Assembly (NCBI GenBank): GCA_018969615.1
Contig: JAGWYA010000003.1
Location: 15,038 to 79,037 of the forward strand
Source of the DNA: Patescibacteria group bacterium
GTDB taxonomy: Bacteria; Patescibacteriota; Minisyncoccia; UBA6257; 02-FULL-45-10c
Length of the DNA stretch: 64,000 nt
Direction: 5' to 3'
Shown here: in pieces, positions 38,994-48,482 of the stretch
How positions within the stretch are numbered: position 1 is the stretch's first letter
How the letters are laid out: each line of letters begins with the position of its first letter
Position numbers and translations under genes: made by a program
The notes under the pieces: generated by a model
The model's database searches: none
Told to the model about the DNA's origin: nothing
The model's input: the letters and a program-made list of their open reading frames with translations, nothing else

Positions 38994-39007
38994 CTAAAAT
39001 CTTTCTC

Positions 39008-39202
39008 CTATGCGCCCCTAACTATCCACACAGAAAGAGCGCCCATTACAATAAGTGACCAAATAGTGAGGATCCATCCTTCCTTCCTATGCTCAGGCTC
39101 GGCAAGAAGCGCAAGGCCAAAAATGATCCCACTAAAACCGCCGATGGTCGCAACTAAAAGACCAACCCAGAACCATTTATGAAACAGCGTGAACTTATCC
39201 AT
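39008..39202 (-). CDS. Hypothetical 2-TM small membrane protein (64 aa)
   Basis: ORF; two hydrophobic helices. Confidence 0.45.
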   Translation of the reverse strand: MDKFTLFHKWFWVGLLVATIGGFSGIIFGLALLAEPEHRKEGWILTIWSLIVMGALSVWIVRGA

Positions 39203-39235
39203 AATTTTTTATTTTTTAACTAAGACAATAATATT

Positions 39236-40147
39236 TTACTGCGGCTTCACTTCCTGAATACTCGGCGTGAATAAACTCACGGTCTGCGGGATAGATATCG
39301 TACCATCTACGTTCGTACACGAAAGTGTATAAGTCGTCGTTGCCGTCGGCGTGATCGTGACCGAGCCGTTCGTCGCATTCACCGTCTGTGTATTCCCCTG
39401 AGAATCCGTAAGTTTGCAGCTCCCCGTATCCACGACCGGATCATTATACAAGCATGTCCATTGAAGGGTTGTTGATCCGTGAGTGACCACGCTTGAACTT
39501 GCAGAACCGAATCCGCATTGCGGAAGACATTTCGTATACTCGCTCACCGGCGCGGTATCAGAGGTTGCATATCCAGACTCCGAAGGATATGGAATGCGGA
39601 TCTTATACGAGTACGTGGTGTGCGGCGTAAGCCCGGTATCAGTAAAACTTGTATCAGCTGAAGTTAGCTTGAGAACAATGACATTATCCCGCAATACCGC
39701 ATAATTATGCCCATTTGGATTAATGCCGCTAAAACTTAATGAGGTACACGTTGGAGATGCCGACGAAGAAGAAAACGTTGAAGTTGAGCTTGGCGAAGAC
39801 GAACTCGGAGCGCCGCCAGAAGGAGAGTTGCAACTACTACCGGAGAAACCCGTATTGCTACCCGTCGGATTGTTAAGATAACAATTATAACTTGTTTTAA
39901 ATGGATTTAAGCCACCGCCGCAGGGGCCAATCTTAGGATTACAGATTCCCGAAGTCATAATAGTAACCGTGGTCTGAATCGTGTAAGTAACTGCAACAGC
40001 AATAGTATTTTTAACAAAATTAACAAGCGCATTAAGATTGCCTGAACCTATTGCTTTGAGTACCTGCGCTGCATGCGCCGGAGGAACCTGCACCGAAAGA
40101 AGGAGCAGGGTGACCATTAAAAAAACTGAGAGAGATTTTGTGAACAT
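39236..40147 (-). CDS. Secreted protein with signal peptide, Ser-rich linker and Ig/FN3-like beta domains (possible adhesin)
   Basis: MFTKSLSVFLMVTLLLLSVQVPPAHA signal; SSSSPSSTSTFSSSSASP low complexity; multiple Cys pairs. Confidence 0.55.
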   Translation of the reverse strand: MFTKSLSVFLMVTLLLLSVQVPPAHAAQVLKAIGSGNLNALVNFVKNTIAVAVTYTIQTTVTIMTSGICNPKIGPCGGGLNPFKTSYNCYLNNPTGSNTGFSGSSCNSPSGGAPSSSSPSSTSTFSSSSASPTCTSLSFSGINPNGHNYAVLRDNVIVLKLTSADTSFTDTGLTPHTTYSYKIRIPYPSESGYATSDTAPVSEYTKCLPQCGFGSASSSVVTHGSTTLQWTCLYNDPVVDTGSCKLTDSQGNTQTVNATNGSVTITPTATTTYTLSCTNVDGTISIPQTVSLFTPSIQEVKPQ

Positions 40148-40175
40148 AAAAATACAAAATCCTTAAGGGGTACTA

Positions 40176-40385
40176 TTACAAAATGCTGCTGCACCCCGTG
40201 AAATGCGGCTCATCATTCGCCGTCGCTGCACAACGATCAGCCGTCTGGCGTAAGTTGCTGCTATCGGTCAGCGCAGCCTTTACCGCAACCACTGTCCGCT
40301 GCACCAACATCGCTGCCGTCATAATCAAAAAACCGATCAATACCGCTAGACCTGTATTTTTAATTGCTTGTTCGTTCGTTTTCAT
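40176..40385 (-). CDS. Hypothetical small membrane protein (69 aa) with promoter motif shared with pilA
   Basis: ORF; upstream agtataccatatcc (minus strand GGATATGGTATACT) identical to pilA upstream. Confidence 0.45.
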   Translation of the reverse strand: MKTNEQAIKNTGLAVLIGFLIMTAAMLVQRTVVAVKAALTDSSNLRQTADRCAATANDEPHFTGCSSIL

Positions 40386-40441
40386 AATGTATTTATATAA
40401 AAATGACCTTTCCTCCAGTATACCATATCCTCTTTTATATG

Positions 40442-41962
40442 CTATAAGGAACGCCTCTTAATAAGTTCAGCAATGTGCGCAAGATCCAAATCAATACCAA
40501 CTGAATCTTCCCGGCGCGGATGTGCAATTGACCGGATCTTCTTATAAAACTTCTTACCCTCAGGAGATAGTTTCTGCCACCCTCGAAGATCGGCGGCGGC
40601 ACAAACCACCATGACAAGACGCGCGAGGAGTGCCCGATTAAGATCTACGAGGTCGTACGCTGCTTCAGCCGCCAGCGTCCCAAAGCTCACGATATCCTGA
40701 TTCCCCGACTCGAATGGGCGGGACAAAACCGAATGCGGGAATGATCGTTGGACCGATTCGGCAAAATACGATCCTGCGGAAATTCCCACTCCTTTCAATC
40801 CACTGTTCAACCCGGGGTCAATACCCGCAAGACTTGGCGGAAGAATGTGATTCTTATCGCTGTCCAACAACCGGTCGATCATGGTCTGTTCCATATTGGC
40901 AAGATGCGCCAGGAGGATCTTCGCAAAATCCATCCCGAGACCGATATAAAATCCGGAAAAGTTCCCGCCATGCAGTATTTTTTTTCCATCACCATCGATC
41001 AATGGGTTATCATTCGCCGAATTCAACTCCCGCGTCACCCACAGACGCAAAAGCGAAAGGAGCTCACGATGCGGACCCAGGAATTGCGGGAGGCAGCGGA
41101 TCGAATACGGATCCTGTACTTCGCCATGGATATTCTCCGTGGATTGTGCGAGCTTGCTTCCTTTTACCTGCTTTCGTAATTCCCGCGCAGCCTCCGTAGC
41201 CCCGGGATGATTTTTAAGCTCGTGAAGAAGTTCATCGAACGGATCGGTGATCCCGCCAAGCACTTCGGTGTACATCGCCGCAGCCTTTGTAAAAACCGTA
41301 AGGAGGTATTCCATATCAGAGACCACAAAAGCCGCGACTGTCGTCATAACCGAGGTATTATTCACAACTGCCAAGGCTTCTTTCGGCATAAATTCGAGCG
41401 AGGAAGCGCCGATCATTCGAAGCGCCGATTTTGCAGAAATGGCTTTTCCGTTATGGCGAACTTTCCCCTCGCCCATCAACGCTAACGCAAGACCAGAAGA
41501 AAGAACCAGGTCGCCGCTCGCGCCCAGCGAACCATAACGTGGAACGAACGGAAGCATATCTTTTGCGAGCAACCTCTCGATCACATGAATGATCTCGGGG
41601 CGAACACCCGAATACCCCTTCGCGAAACAATTTAGGCGCGCCACCATAAATCCGCGACTGATCTCATCATTGAGAAACGGCGCACTGCCTGCCGCAAGCG
41701 AATAAACAAGCTTTTTCTGATGCCGAGCAAGATCTTTCAAAGGGATCGTAAAACGAACATTGCTACCGAAGCCCGTATTCGTACCATAGATCGTCTTACC
41801 TGTTCTCAAAGAATGATCCAAAAAATGCCTGCCGCGCTTGCTCTTTTTTATCCCCCTTAAAGAAACGATAGCCGGGCCGCTATTTCTCGCGGCATGAACA
41901 AACGCCTTGATCGAAAGAGATCGTCCGTCCAATACTATTTTCTTGCCCTTCTTTTCTTTCAT
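40442..41962 (-). CDS. MIO-dependent aromatic amino acid/histidine ammonia-lyase family enzyme (HAL/PAL/TAL)
   Basis: GSLGASGDL Ala-Ser-Gly MIO-forming triad; ~506 aa typical of the family. Confidence 0.75.
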   Translation of the reverse strand: MKEKKGKKIVLDGRSLSIKAFVHAARNSGPAIVSLRGIKKSKRGRHFLDHSLRTGKTIYGTNTGFGSNVRFTIPLKDLARHQKKLVYSLAAGSAPFLNDEISRGFMVARLNCFAKGYSGVRPEIIHVIERLLAKDMLPFVPRYGSLGASGDLVLSSGLALALMGEGKVRHNGKAISAKSALRMIGASSLEFMPKEALAVVNNTSVMTTVAAFVVSDMEYLLTVFTKAAAMYTEVLGGITDPFDELLHELKNHPGATEAARELRKQVKGSKLAQSTENIHGEVQDPYSIRCLPQFLGPHRELLSLLRLWVTRELNSANDNPLIDGDGKKILHGGNFSGFYIGLGMDFAKILLAHLANMEQTMIDRLLDSDKNHILPPSLAGIDPGLNSGLKGVGISAGSYFAESVQRSFPHSVLSRPFESGNQDIVSFGTLAAEAAYDLVDLNRALLARLVMVVCAAADLRGWQKLSPEGKKFYKKIRSIAHPRREDSVGIDLDLAHIAELIKRRSL

Positions 41963-42012
41963 AAAAAATAAATATCACCCCTAACAATGATCAAATATAG
42001 TATACTATAAAT

Positions 42013-42591
42013 ATGTTTACCTTTGCGAAAATAGCCACTATCGGAGCGTGGATTGCGATCTGGGCTAGCTCATGGACGAGCAAAAAGACCCATGCAGCAA
42101 TGCCGGAACCCATGTATGCCGAAAATCCAACCCGCATCTCTCCGTGGGGAGTTATGATCTTTTTTATATTTCTCTATGCAGTCCTTTGGATCCCTTTTCC
42201 AATCGAGGCTATTTTCCCCGTTCAATGGATCCTCGTCTCTATTTTCTTTGGCTACATCCTCTTAGCCATTGGAACACTTCTAGGCGCGTGGGCGACGTGG
42301 ACTCTGGGAAAACTTGTAACATTCTCAGGCGCGATCCCGACGAACTATTCGCTCATTGAGTCGGGGCCTTATGCCTATGTTCGTCACCCTATTCAGCTTG
42401 CTGAAATTTTGATCTGGCTCGGATCATCACTGATCTTCGTCAGCGTCCTTGGCATCCTCATGGGCGCCATCCTTCTGCCCTTGATCAAGAAACAGATCCG
42501 ACTTGAGGAAAAGAAATTACTCGAGATCAATGGCGAGCTCTATCAAGTTTATACCCGCCGGGTCGGAAGCCTTTTTCTAAAACTGTGGTAA
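42013..42591 (+). CDS. Isoprenylcysteine carboxyl methyltransferase (ICMT)/phospholipid methyltransferase family membrane protein
   Basis: Multi-TM; LIESGPYAYVRHPIQLAE motif characteristic of ICMT/PEMT family; 3' end overlaps lnt convergently. Confidence 0.65.
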   Translation: MFTFAKIATIGAWIAIWASSWTSKKTHAAMPEPMYAENPTRISPWGVMIFFIFLYAVLWIPFPIEAIFPVQWILVSIFFGYILLAIGTLLGAWATWTLGKLVTFSGAIPTNYSLIESGPYAYVRHPIQLAEILIWLGSSLIFVSVLGILMGAILLPLIKKQIRLEEKKLLEINGELYQVYTRRVGSLFLKLW

Positions 42592-44096
42592 AGGAATATC
42601 ACAAGAAGCAAGAACCCGATCAGCCACTCGCCGACATAATCGTAAATGGCAACCGCACGCTGAGTAGGAACCGACAATTGATCGGATAAGATCCCATTTT
42701 TCTCGAACTCCATCCCCGCAAGAATAGATCCGTCGGGGGCGATGATGGCAGAGGGCCCCTTACGATCTGATCGCACAACGAACACATTGTTTTCAGCTGC
42801 GCGAAACTGCGCAAGAACCACATTGCGCTCACCCATCGTTGCATCACGGAACTCGGCATCCGAACCGATCGCAAAGATCACATCGGCCCGAGAACCGTCC
42901 TGGCGCGCCAAAGGAGCATTATTCAACTCAGAACAGATCAGATCTCCGATCGTTATTCCATGAGACGTAACCAGCTGATCCTGAGGGCCCGGCACATAAT
43001 CAAAGAAGGTCGTATAATATCCCCGCCGGGCAATGAACTCCGGCGTGAAATCAAGGAACGGGAAAAGGTCTCTTTTTGCATAGGCGGACGAAAGGCCTGA
43101 GTGGTCCCAGAATTCTATCTCAGCCATGATCCCCTTCCCGGAACGAAGCGTGCTGGTCCACGTAACAAAGGTGGTTCCCGCAGGAACAAATGAGTGGATC
43201 CATGATCCAAACTGATCAAGAGTACCGCTCAAAAAATCTTTTCCCTGCTGTGAGCTCGACCCATCGGTTAAAACACCTCCGACCGGATTAAAAGGATAGA
43301 TCAGAAAATCAGGCCCCTGGAACACAGCCGCGCGCAAAAGCGACTCAGTCCGCGCCGGGAAAGAAAAGGTTCCGTCAGGAGCGATCGAGCCAAAAGGATC
43401 GCTCTCACCATTAAGCTGGGCGGTTGAAATAGTGATCTGCTTTGTCGGAGCATGAACACTCTGAAGATACACCATATTTCCTGCGAATACCGCGCAAATA
43501 ATCACCGTAATGCCAATGAGTATGAAAGCGTCTTTTTTAACCCAAGAGCGGTACACAATCGCATAGGCAAAAACCGCATTGATCAGAACAAGGATAAACG
43601 AAACTAAAAGAACGCCGCCGATACCGGCAAAGGCCATAAAGAACGGAAGTGCATGCATCGTATACCCAAGCATTCCGTAGTCAAAATAAACAAGAAGCCA
43701 TTGGCGGACCATCTCGGTCGCGGTCCACATCGCGGCGAAAAGAAAGATATCGCCCAAAGGCGTTCGTGATAGCCTCCGGAAGATCCAGGAACCTAACGCG
43801 CCGAGGCATAATGAAAAAAGAGCGATTGGGATCCAAAGAAGCTGCATTGCGATCGTTACGATCTCCGCAAAGGCATACCAATGGAATTGCATAACCACGG
43901 CGAAGGCGATCCCTAACGAAAAACAAAGTCCGAGGAGAGCCCCTGCAAAAACAGCCTGCCGAAGAGAAAATCGTCTCTTGTCATACAGGATCACTGCATA
44001 GGGAACAAGCGCAATAAACGAAAGCCACCACCAATCAAGCGGATAAAATGATGCATACAGAAGCCCTGCCGACAATAAAGACAAAAGATACACCAT
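42549..44096 (-). CDS. lnt: Apolipoprotein N-acyltransferase-like protein (N-terminal polytopic domain + C-terminal CN-hydrolase domain)
   Basis: 8 predicted TM helices then nitrilase-type domain with GDLICSELNN catalytic Cys region and terminal TM. Confidence 0.7.
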   Translation of the reverse strand: MVYLLSLLSAGLLYASFYPLDWWWLSFIALVPYAVILYDKRRFSLRQAVFAGALLGLCFSLGIAFAVVMQFHWYAFAEIVTIAMQLLWIPIALFSLCLGALGSWIFRRLSRTPLGDIFLFAAMWTATEMVRQWLLVYFDYGMLGYTMHALPFFMAFAGIGGVLLVSFILVLINAVFAYAIVYRSWVKKDAFILIGITVIICAVFAGNMVYLQSVHAPTKQITISTAQLNGESDPFGSIAPDGTFSFPARTESLLRAAVFQGPDFLIYPFNPVGGVLTDGSSSQQGKDFLSGTLDQFGSWIHSFVPAGTTFVTWTSTLRSGKGIMAEIEFWDHSGLSSAYAKRDLFPFLDFTPEFIARRGYYTTFFDYVPGPQDQLVTSHGITIGDLICSELNNAPLARQDGSRADVIFAIGSDAEFRDATMGERNVVLAQFRAAENNVFVVRSDRKGPSAIIAPDGSILAGMEFEKNGILSDQLSVPTQRAVAIYDYVGEWLIGFLLLVIFLYHSFRKRLPTRRV

Positions 44097-44114
44097 TATT
44101 CGCTAAAATAAGAA

Positions 44115-44642
44115 TTATCGATCACTCAGCTTATTTTCTAAATATGCCCTGATCTCCTTTTCAATGGACTGCGAGTCGCTATAAAAAATAAGGTCTGTTT
44201 TCTGAAATCGTTTGAGTCCCTTCAAACGATCAACGACTTCCTGCGAAGAAGTTAGGAACGCACTGAGGGTATATGTAAGCATCCATTGTTTTTCAAAATA
44301 AGCCAGATGTTCAAGGTCTTCGACGATCGCGATCGTCGGCCTTCCCAAGCCGAATGCATAACCACATTCCCATGAACTGTCAGTCCCCGCCGGACCTCCG
44401 TTCTTATCCGGAACATACTCCTTCATAAAGGCAAGGACGGCATCGCAATTTTTTATTCTATCGACATCATAAAACGCGACCCCGGGCGCGATCTTCGTAT
44501 GATCATCGGGGACGCCAAGCGTTCCGGGCTCAAAAAGATCAAGCGTTCGATTAAAAAAGGCTGAATAGCGCTCGGTAAATTCTTTACGCCACAACTTAAT
44601 AGATCCTGCAAGATATAAGCTTATTTTTTTATTTTCCTCCAT
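44115..44642 (-). CDS. Nucleoside 2-deoxyribosyltransferase-like (NDT/Rcl/YtoQ fold) protein
   Basis: ISLYLAGSI N-terminal motif and GTDSSWECGYAFG (catalytic Glu context) typical of NDT superfamily. Confidence 0.55.
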   Translation of the reverse strand: MEENKKISLYLAGSIKLWRKEFTERYSAFFNRTLDLFEPGTLGVPDDHTKIAPGVAFYDVDRIKNCDAVLAFMKEYVPDKNGGPAGTDSSWECGYAFGLGRPTIAIVEDLEHLAYFEKQWMLTYTLSAFLTSSQEVVDRLKGLKRFQKTDLIFYSDSQSIEKEIRAYLENKLSDR

Positions 44643-44654
44643 AATAATTTATAG

Positions 44655-45527
44655 TTAGATTCCCAAACTTAAGATCAATCCTACAATAAATCCAAATATA
44701 TAAGTGATATAGATCATCCATTGGAATATTTCAACGCCCCTTTCCTCTAAGTGCCCCTCATGCATGTTCCACAGTATAAAGACCGGGAATATGGATCCCA
44801 ATAAAGCTATAAAATAGAATCCGCCGAAAACTAAGAGAAGCAGGAAAAATATATAAAAGGTCAAACTCAAAGCCAGCCCTTTTTGCTCCGATCCTAATCG
44901 GACTATCGAGTTTTGAATCCCGGCAGCCGCATCGTAAGACATATCAAGGGCAGCCCCTAAACAGTGTCCTCCTGCCATAAAAAGAATTCCAAGAAAAATA
45001 AGATAGGCGCCGGGCATCTTATTGATAGCTGCCGCATATCCGATCATGCTAATAAGCATGTAATGACCGACGCCTCCGAAAAGGATATCGGTAACTGGAT
45101 ACTGCTTAAACCTAAAAGGAGGGATATTATAGGCGCCAACAACTAAGATCCATACCACAACTAATAAAGCAGTAAGATTTGAAATAAACGGGAAAAGAAG
45201 AAACGCTGGAAGCAAGCTGACCGCAGCTACCGCTGAAACGCTTCGCCTTTCTTCCAGAGCGATAGTCGGCTCAAGAGCTTGCTTTCGCGGATTCCGGCGA
45301 TCAGTTTCATAATCAAAAATATCATTAAGTCCATTTAAAAAAATATTCGCCGGGACCGTAAACCATAAAAATAGAAGGAGGTACGGCAGTTCTCCAAATG
45401 ATGCGCCCTTATTTGCTAAAATGCCTCCCAATAAAAAAAATCCCGAGCTCCAAACCCAAAAATGAGGGAATCGCGAGATGCGTATGATCCGAGAAAGATC
45501 AAGGGATTGCTTTGCGGAAGATCGCAT
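44655..45527 (-). CDS. UbiA-family membrane prenyltransferase (paralog 1)
   Basis: NDIFDYETD (NDxxDxxxD) and DMSYD second Asp-rich motif; 8-9 TM helices. Confidence 0.7.
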   Translation of the reverse strand: MRSSAKQSLDLSRIIRISRFPHFWVWSSGFFLLGGILANKGASFGELPYLLLFLWFTVPANIFLNGLNDIFDYETDRRNPRKQALEPTIALEERRSVSAVAAVSLLPAFLLFPFISNLTALLVVVWILVVGAYNIPPFRFKQYPVTDILFGGVGHYMLISMIGYAAAINKMPGAYLIFLGILFMAGGHCLGAALDMSYDAAAGIQNSIVRLGSEQKGLALSLTFYIFFLLLLVFGGFYFIALLGSIFPVFILWNMHEGHLEERGVEIFQWMIYITYIFGFIVGLILSLGI

Positions 45528-45536
45528 ATGCTTATA

Positions 45537-46391
45537 TTACTGCACAAGCAGCAGTGACGCAATGAAGCCGATAACGTAATGTAGATAAATGAAATAACGG
45601 TACCACCTAACCTGATCCGTATATTTTTTTCGGAGCATAAAATGAATAAGGAAAAAAAGCGCATATGCCATACCCAAAACCATTAAAAGGGGCTGATTCG
45701 CTAGAATAAGGACCCCGGAGAAAATAAAGGAAAGAATGATGCATACGAGCAAATTACGCCCCTCAGAGCCTATAAAAACAGCTGAGGTTATAAGTCCTGC
45801 GTCTTTATCGGATCGTATATCGGCGATGGATGTATACATATGCATGGCGATCGCAAAAACAAATAAAGCGAGGAGTATCAAAAAGGGCGGGGCCTTATCC
45901 ATAGTCGCCATATAACCCATCACGCCCCATAGTGGAAAGTTAACAGCGAAGAAGAGATCCCAGAATGGCCGGCCCTTAAAACGCAAAGGGGGCATATTAT
46001 ACATGACCACAATAAGCAGCCATAGCAAAAACAATGCTTTTATTGCATTTGAAAACTGAGAAATGATCCAAAACGCCGGAACCAATGCGAAAGCCGCAAG
46101 GGTCAATAAGCTTTTCCGTTCTCCGAACGATGCGCGATGTTCGAATTCATCCTTTTTAGGATTATGAAGATCCGTTTCAAGATCATAAGCATCATTGAAT
46201 GCATAGAGAAACAAATTCGCTGGGAGGGTCAGCCAAAGCGTAAGCCAAATAAGATCAGGTGAAAATACATGTATTATATTACCGGTACCCACCTGTACAC
46301 CTAAAGCAAAAGAGCCGACCGTATAGATCCAGATCCTCGGCCTGGAAATAAACAGGATCTTTTTAAGAAATTCCATACCCGGACTAATCAA
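45537..46391 (-). CDS. UbiA-family membrane prenyltransferase (paralog 2)
   Basis: NDAYDLETD motif, PPLRFK loop shared with paralog 1 (PPFRFK). Confidence 0.7.
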   Translation of the reverse strand: MISPGMEFLKKILFISRPRIWIYTVGSFALGVQVGTGNIIHVFSPDLIWLTLWLTLPANLFLYAFNDAYDLETDLHNPKKDEFEHRASFGERKSLLTLAAFALVPAFWIISQFSNAIKALFLLWLLIVVMYNMPPLRFKGRPFWDLFFAVNFPLWGVMGYMATMDKAPPFLILLALFVFAIAMHMYTSIADIRSDKDAGLITSAVFIGSEGRNLLVCIILSFIFSGVLILANQPLLMVLGMAYALFFLIHFMLRKKYTDQVRWYRYFIYLHYVIGFIASLLLVQ

Positions 46392-47652
46392 TATGATTGA
46401 TCAAATGCCTTGTTTTCTCGGTTTTTGTTGAAAGTGCATCAACAAACTTCACCTGCGGCTTCAAGATCATCCCTTTCATCACCGCATCTCCAAGCGTTAC
46501 ATAAGACGTCAAATGCCATGTATGCATTAACGTATCGATCACCGATGCGCCAAGCTCATTATTACTAGGGACAGCGAGCTCAACAATCATTTCAGTCTCC
46601 ACACCGCCGCTCTGTAATTTCTGATAAAAATGAACCTGGTAGCGATCACCTATCGTATCAGCAAACGAAACCATGATCCGCTCGAGGTCGGTTAGTTTAA
46701 ATTCCATACCCGCGATCCTGACCACGTCCGCATTGACCCTTCCCTTCCACTGTAGAGTAGGCTTTCCGCAAGAGCACTGCGCATCGGCATACGCGAACAT
46801 ATCTCCGGTCCGATAGCGGATCAACGGCATCGCCGCATTTCCAGCATAGGTAATAACCAGCTCGCCGGTATCCAAAAGCTCAGTCGCTAAAAGCGCCGGA
46901 TGCGGATGGAACAATTCAAGATCCTTCTCAATGAGCTCTTTGCACGGAAACAAGATATACTGTCCGATCTCGGAAGAAGCGTACAAATTAACAATCTTCG
47001 CGGCAGGATAGAGCTTCTGAAGCTGTTCCCTTCGTGCGGCGGATAGCGTTTCACCGCAAAGACCGACTAAATGAAGCTTTCCGGGATCATAGTACTTCTG
47101 CACATACGGATGAAGCATAAATGCCAGTGTCGGGGTTGCAAAAAGCGCATCAGCCTCACACCGCTGGGCGATCACCGCACTGTTCGGCAAATTATAGATA
47201 TCCCCGAAAATAGGGTAAGACCCCGTCCCCGCCTCGTCGCACTGCTGAGCAAGTGTATGGCTAAAATGCTTATTGATCGGGGGGAATAAAAAGAATAATC
47301 GCTGGACCCCAAGCCCAAGCGTCGGATCAAACTGATAATTCGGGATTTTCGCATAATACGTGATCAGCGGCATCTGACTCGTCGTCCCCGAGGAATACGC
47401 CGCAAAATAGATCTCTTCACGGGGAATGTAAAGCCGCTGCAGCGGATCAGTTGCCTGAAGCTCAGAACGCTCAAGAAAAGGAAGTTTTAAAAAAATTGAG
47501 GGATCAACAAGGAGGTCAGGAGTTAGTCCTGCTTGTTCGTATTTTTTACGATAAAAAATTGCATGCGGGCTATCCCACACCATTTTCAAAACTTCCTTTA
47601 TTTTCGGAAAAGAGATCTTATCCATAAACCCTGTATCCATAGCATAACGCAA
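46384..47652 (-). CDS. PaaK-like adenylate-forming enzyme (phenylacetate-CoA ligase / F390 synthetase / CapK family)
   Basis: YSSGTTSQMP AMP-binding motif, YRTGD motif; 8-bp overlap with downstream UbiA gene. Confidence 0.7.
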   Translation of the reverse strand: MRYAMDTGFMDKISFPKIKEVLKMVWDSPHAIFYRKKYEQAGLTPDLLVDPSIFLKLPFLERSELQATDPLQRLYIPREEIYFAAYSSGTTSQMPLITYYAKIPNYQFDPTLGLGVQRLFFLFPPINKHFSHTLAQQCDEAGTGSYPIFGDIYNLPNSAVIAQRCEADALFATPTLAFMLHPYVQKYYDPGKLHLVGLCGETLSAARREQLQKLYPAAKIVNLYASSEIGQYILFPCKELIEKDLELFHPHPALLATELLDTGELVITYAGNAAMPLIRYRTGDMFAYADAQCSCGKPTLQWKGRVNADVVRIAGMEFKLTDLERIMVSFADTIGDRYQVHFYQKLQSGGVETEMIVELAVPSNNELGASVIDTLMHTWHLTSYVTLGDAVMKGMILKPQVKFVDALSTKTEKTRHLINHID

Positions 47653-47720
47653 AACGGAAGCGGAGAAAATAAAAAAGGCCCCTATGACTGTGTGTACACA
47701 ATCATAGGGGCTGTAATGCC

Positions 47721-48380
47721 TTACCAGTACCAGGACAGACTAGCCTTCGTCACGCCGCCGTCCGAATTCAGCTGACCGGCCGCGGAATTCACGCCTTTCG
47801 TTGAAAGATTGGCGAGAACTCCTTCGGTCGCGACGTCGAACGAAGCGACGACCGCCGAACGATACTTCGTCCCGTCCGCCGACTTCCAGCCGTGAAGCAG
47901 GACATCCACGCCGGCATCGAAACCGGCGTACGAAGACAGGATCCCCTGATTGTACTTTCCGGAATCCAGCTTCGACATCGGTCCGACCGCCACGGTCATG
48001 AACGTATGGAGACCGACCGGCCACCGATGCGGATCATCGAACGGATTCGTCACGAATCCGACGCGGCCGCCGACGCCCGTGAAGTTCAGCTGCTTCTGCG
48101 AAGTGGTCACCGTGCGCTGACGCACCGCGAGACCCCACGACAGACACAGCCAGCGACGGTGGAAGTCCCAGTTCAGGTCGGCGCCGCGCACCGGATCCTT
48201 TTCCTGGAGCACGGGCACGGTCTGACCGCCCATCAGGAGAGTGCTGCTGTAGCTTCCCCCCATCACGTCCGAGACCTCGAGTGACTCCTGCTTGGAGTGC
48301 TTCACCCACGACGCGAAAGCCTGGCCCGTCAGGCCGAGGCAGAGCGCAAACGCCAGCACGACCTTGGTCATGTTTTTCAT
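47721..48380 (-). CDS. Secreted beta-barrel-like protein with OMP-type C-terminal aromatic residue (…SLSWYW); gene noticeably GC-rich
   Basis: Signal peptide MKNMTKVVLAFALCLGLTGQAFA; alternating hydrophobic pattern; terminal W. Confidence 0.5.
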   Translation of the reverse strand: MKNMTKVVLAFALCLGLTGQAFASWVKHSKQESLEVSDVMGGSYSSTLLMGGQTVPVLQEKDPVRGADLNWDFHRRWLCLSWGLAVRQRTVTTSQKQLNFTGVGGRVGFVTNPFDDPHRWPVGLHTFMTVAVGPMSKLDSGKYNQGILSSYAGFDAGVDVLLHGWKSADGTKYRSAVVASFDVATEGVLANLSTKGVNSAAGQLNSDGGVTKASLSWYW

Positions 48381-48482
48381 ACTTCCTCCTGCCTTTCGGC
48401 ATTACTTGCCCTTATGGGCACGAAATTGTGAACGAACTTATTATAAGGATAGCACAAAACAGGCTATTTGTCAACTTCCCTC

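Noticed and set aside
47740-48402. Several Arg/Gly-rich ORFs in alternate frames of the 47721-48380 gene
   Set aside because: Typical spurious frames of a GC-rich segment; the signal-peptide-bearing frame is the coherent one
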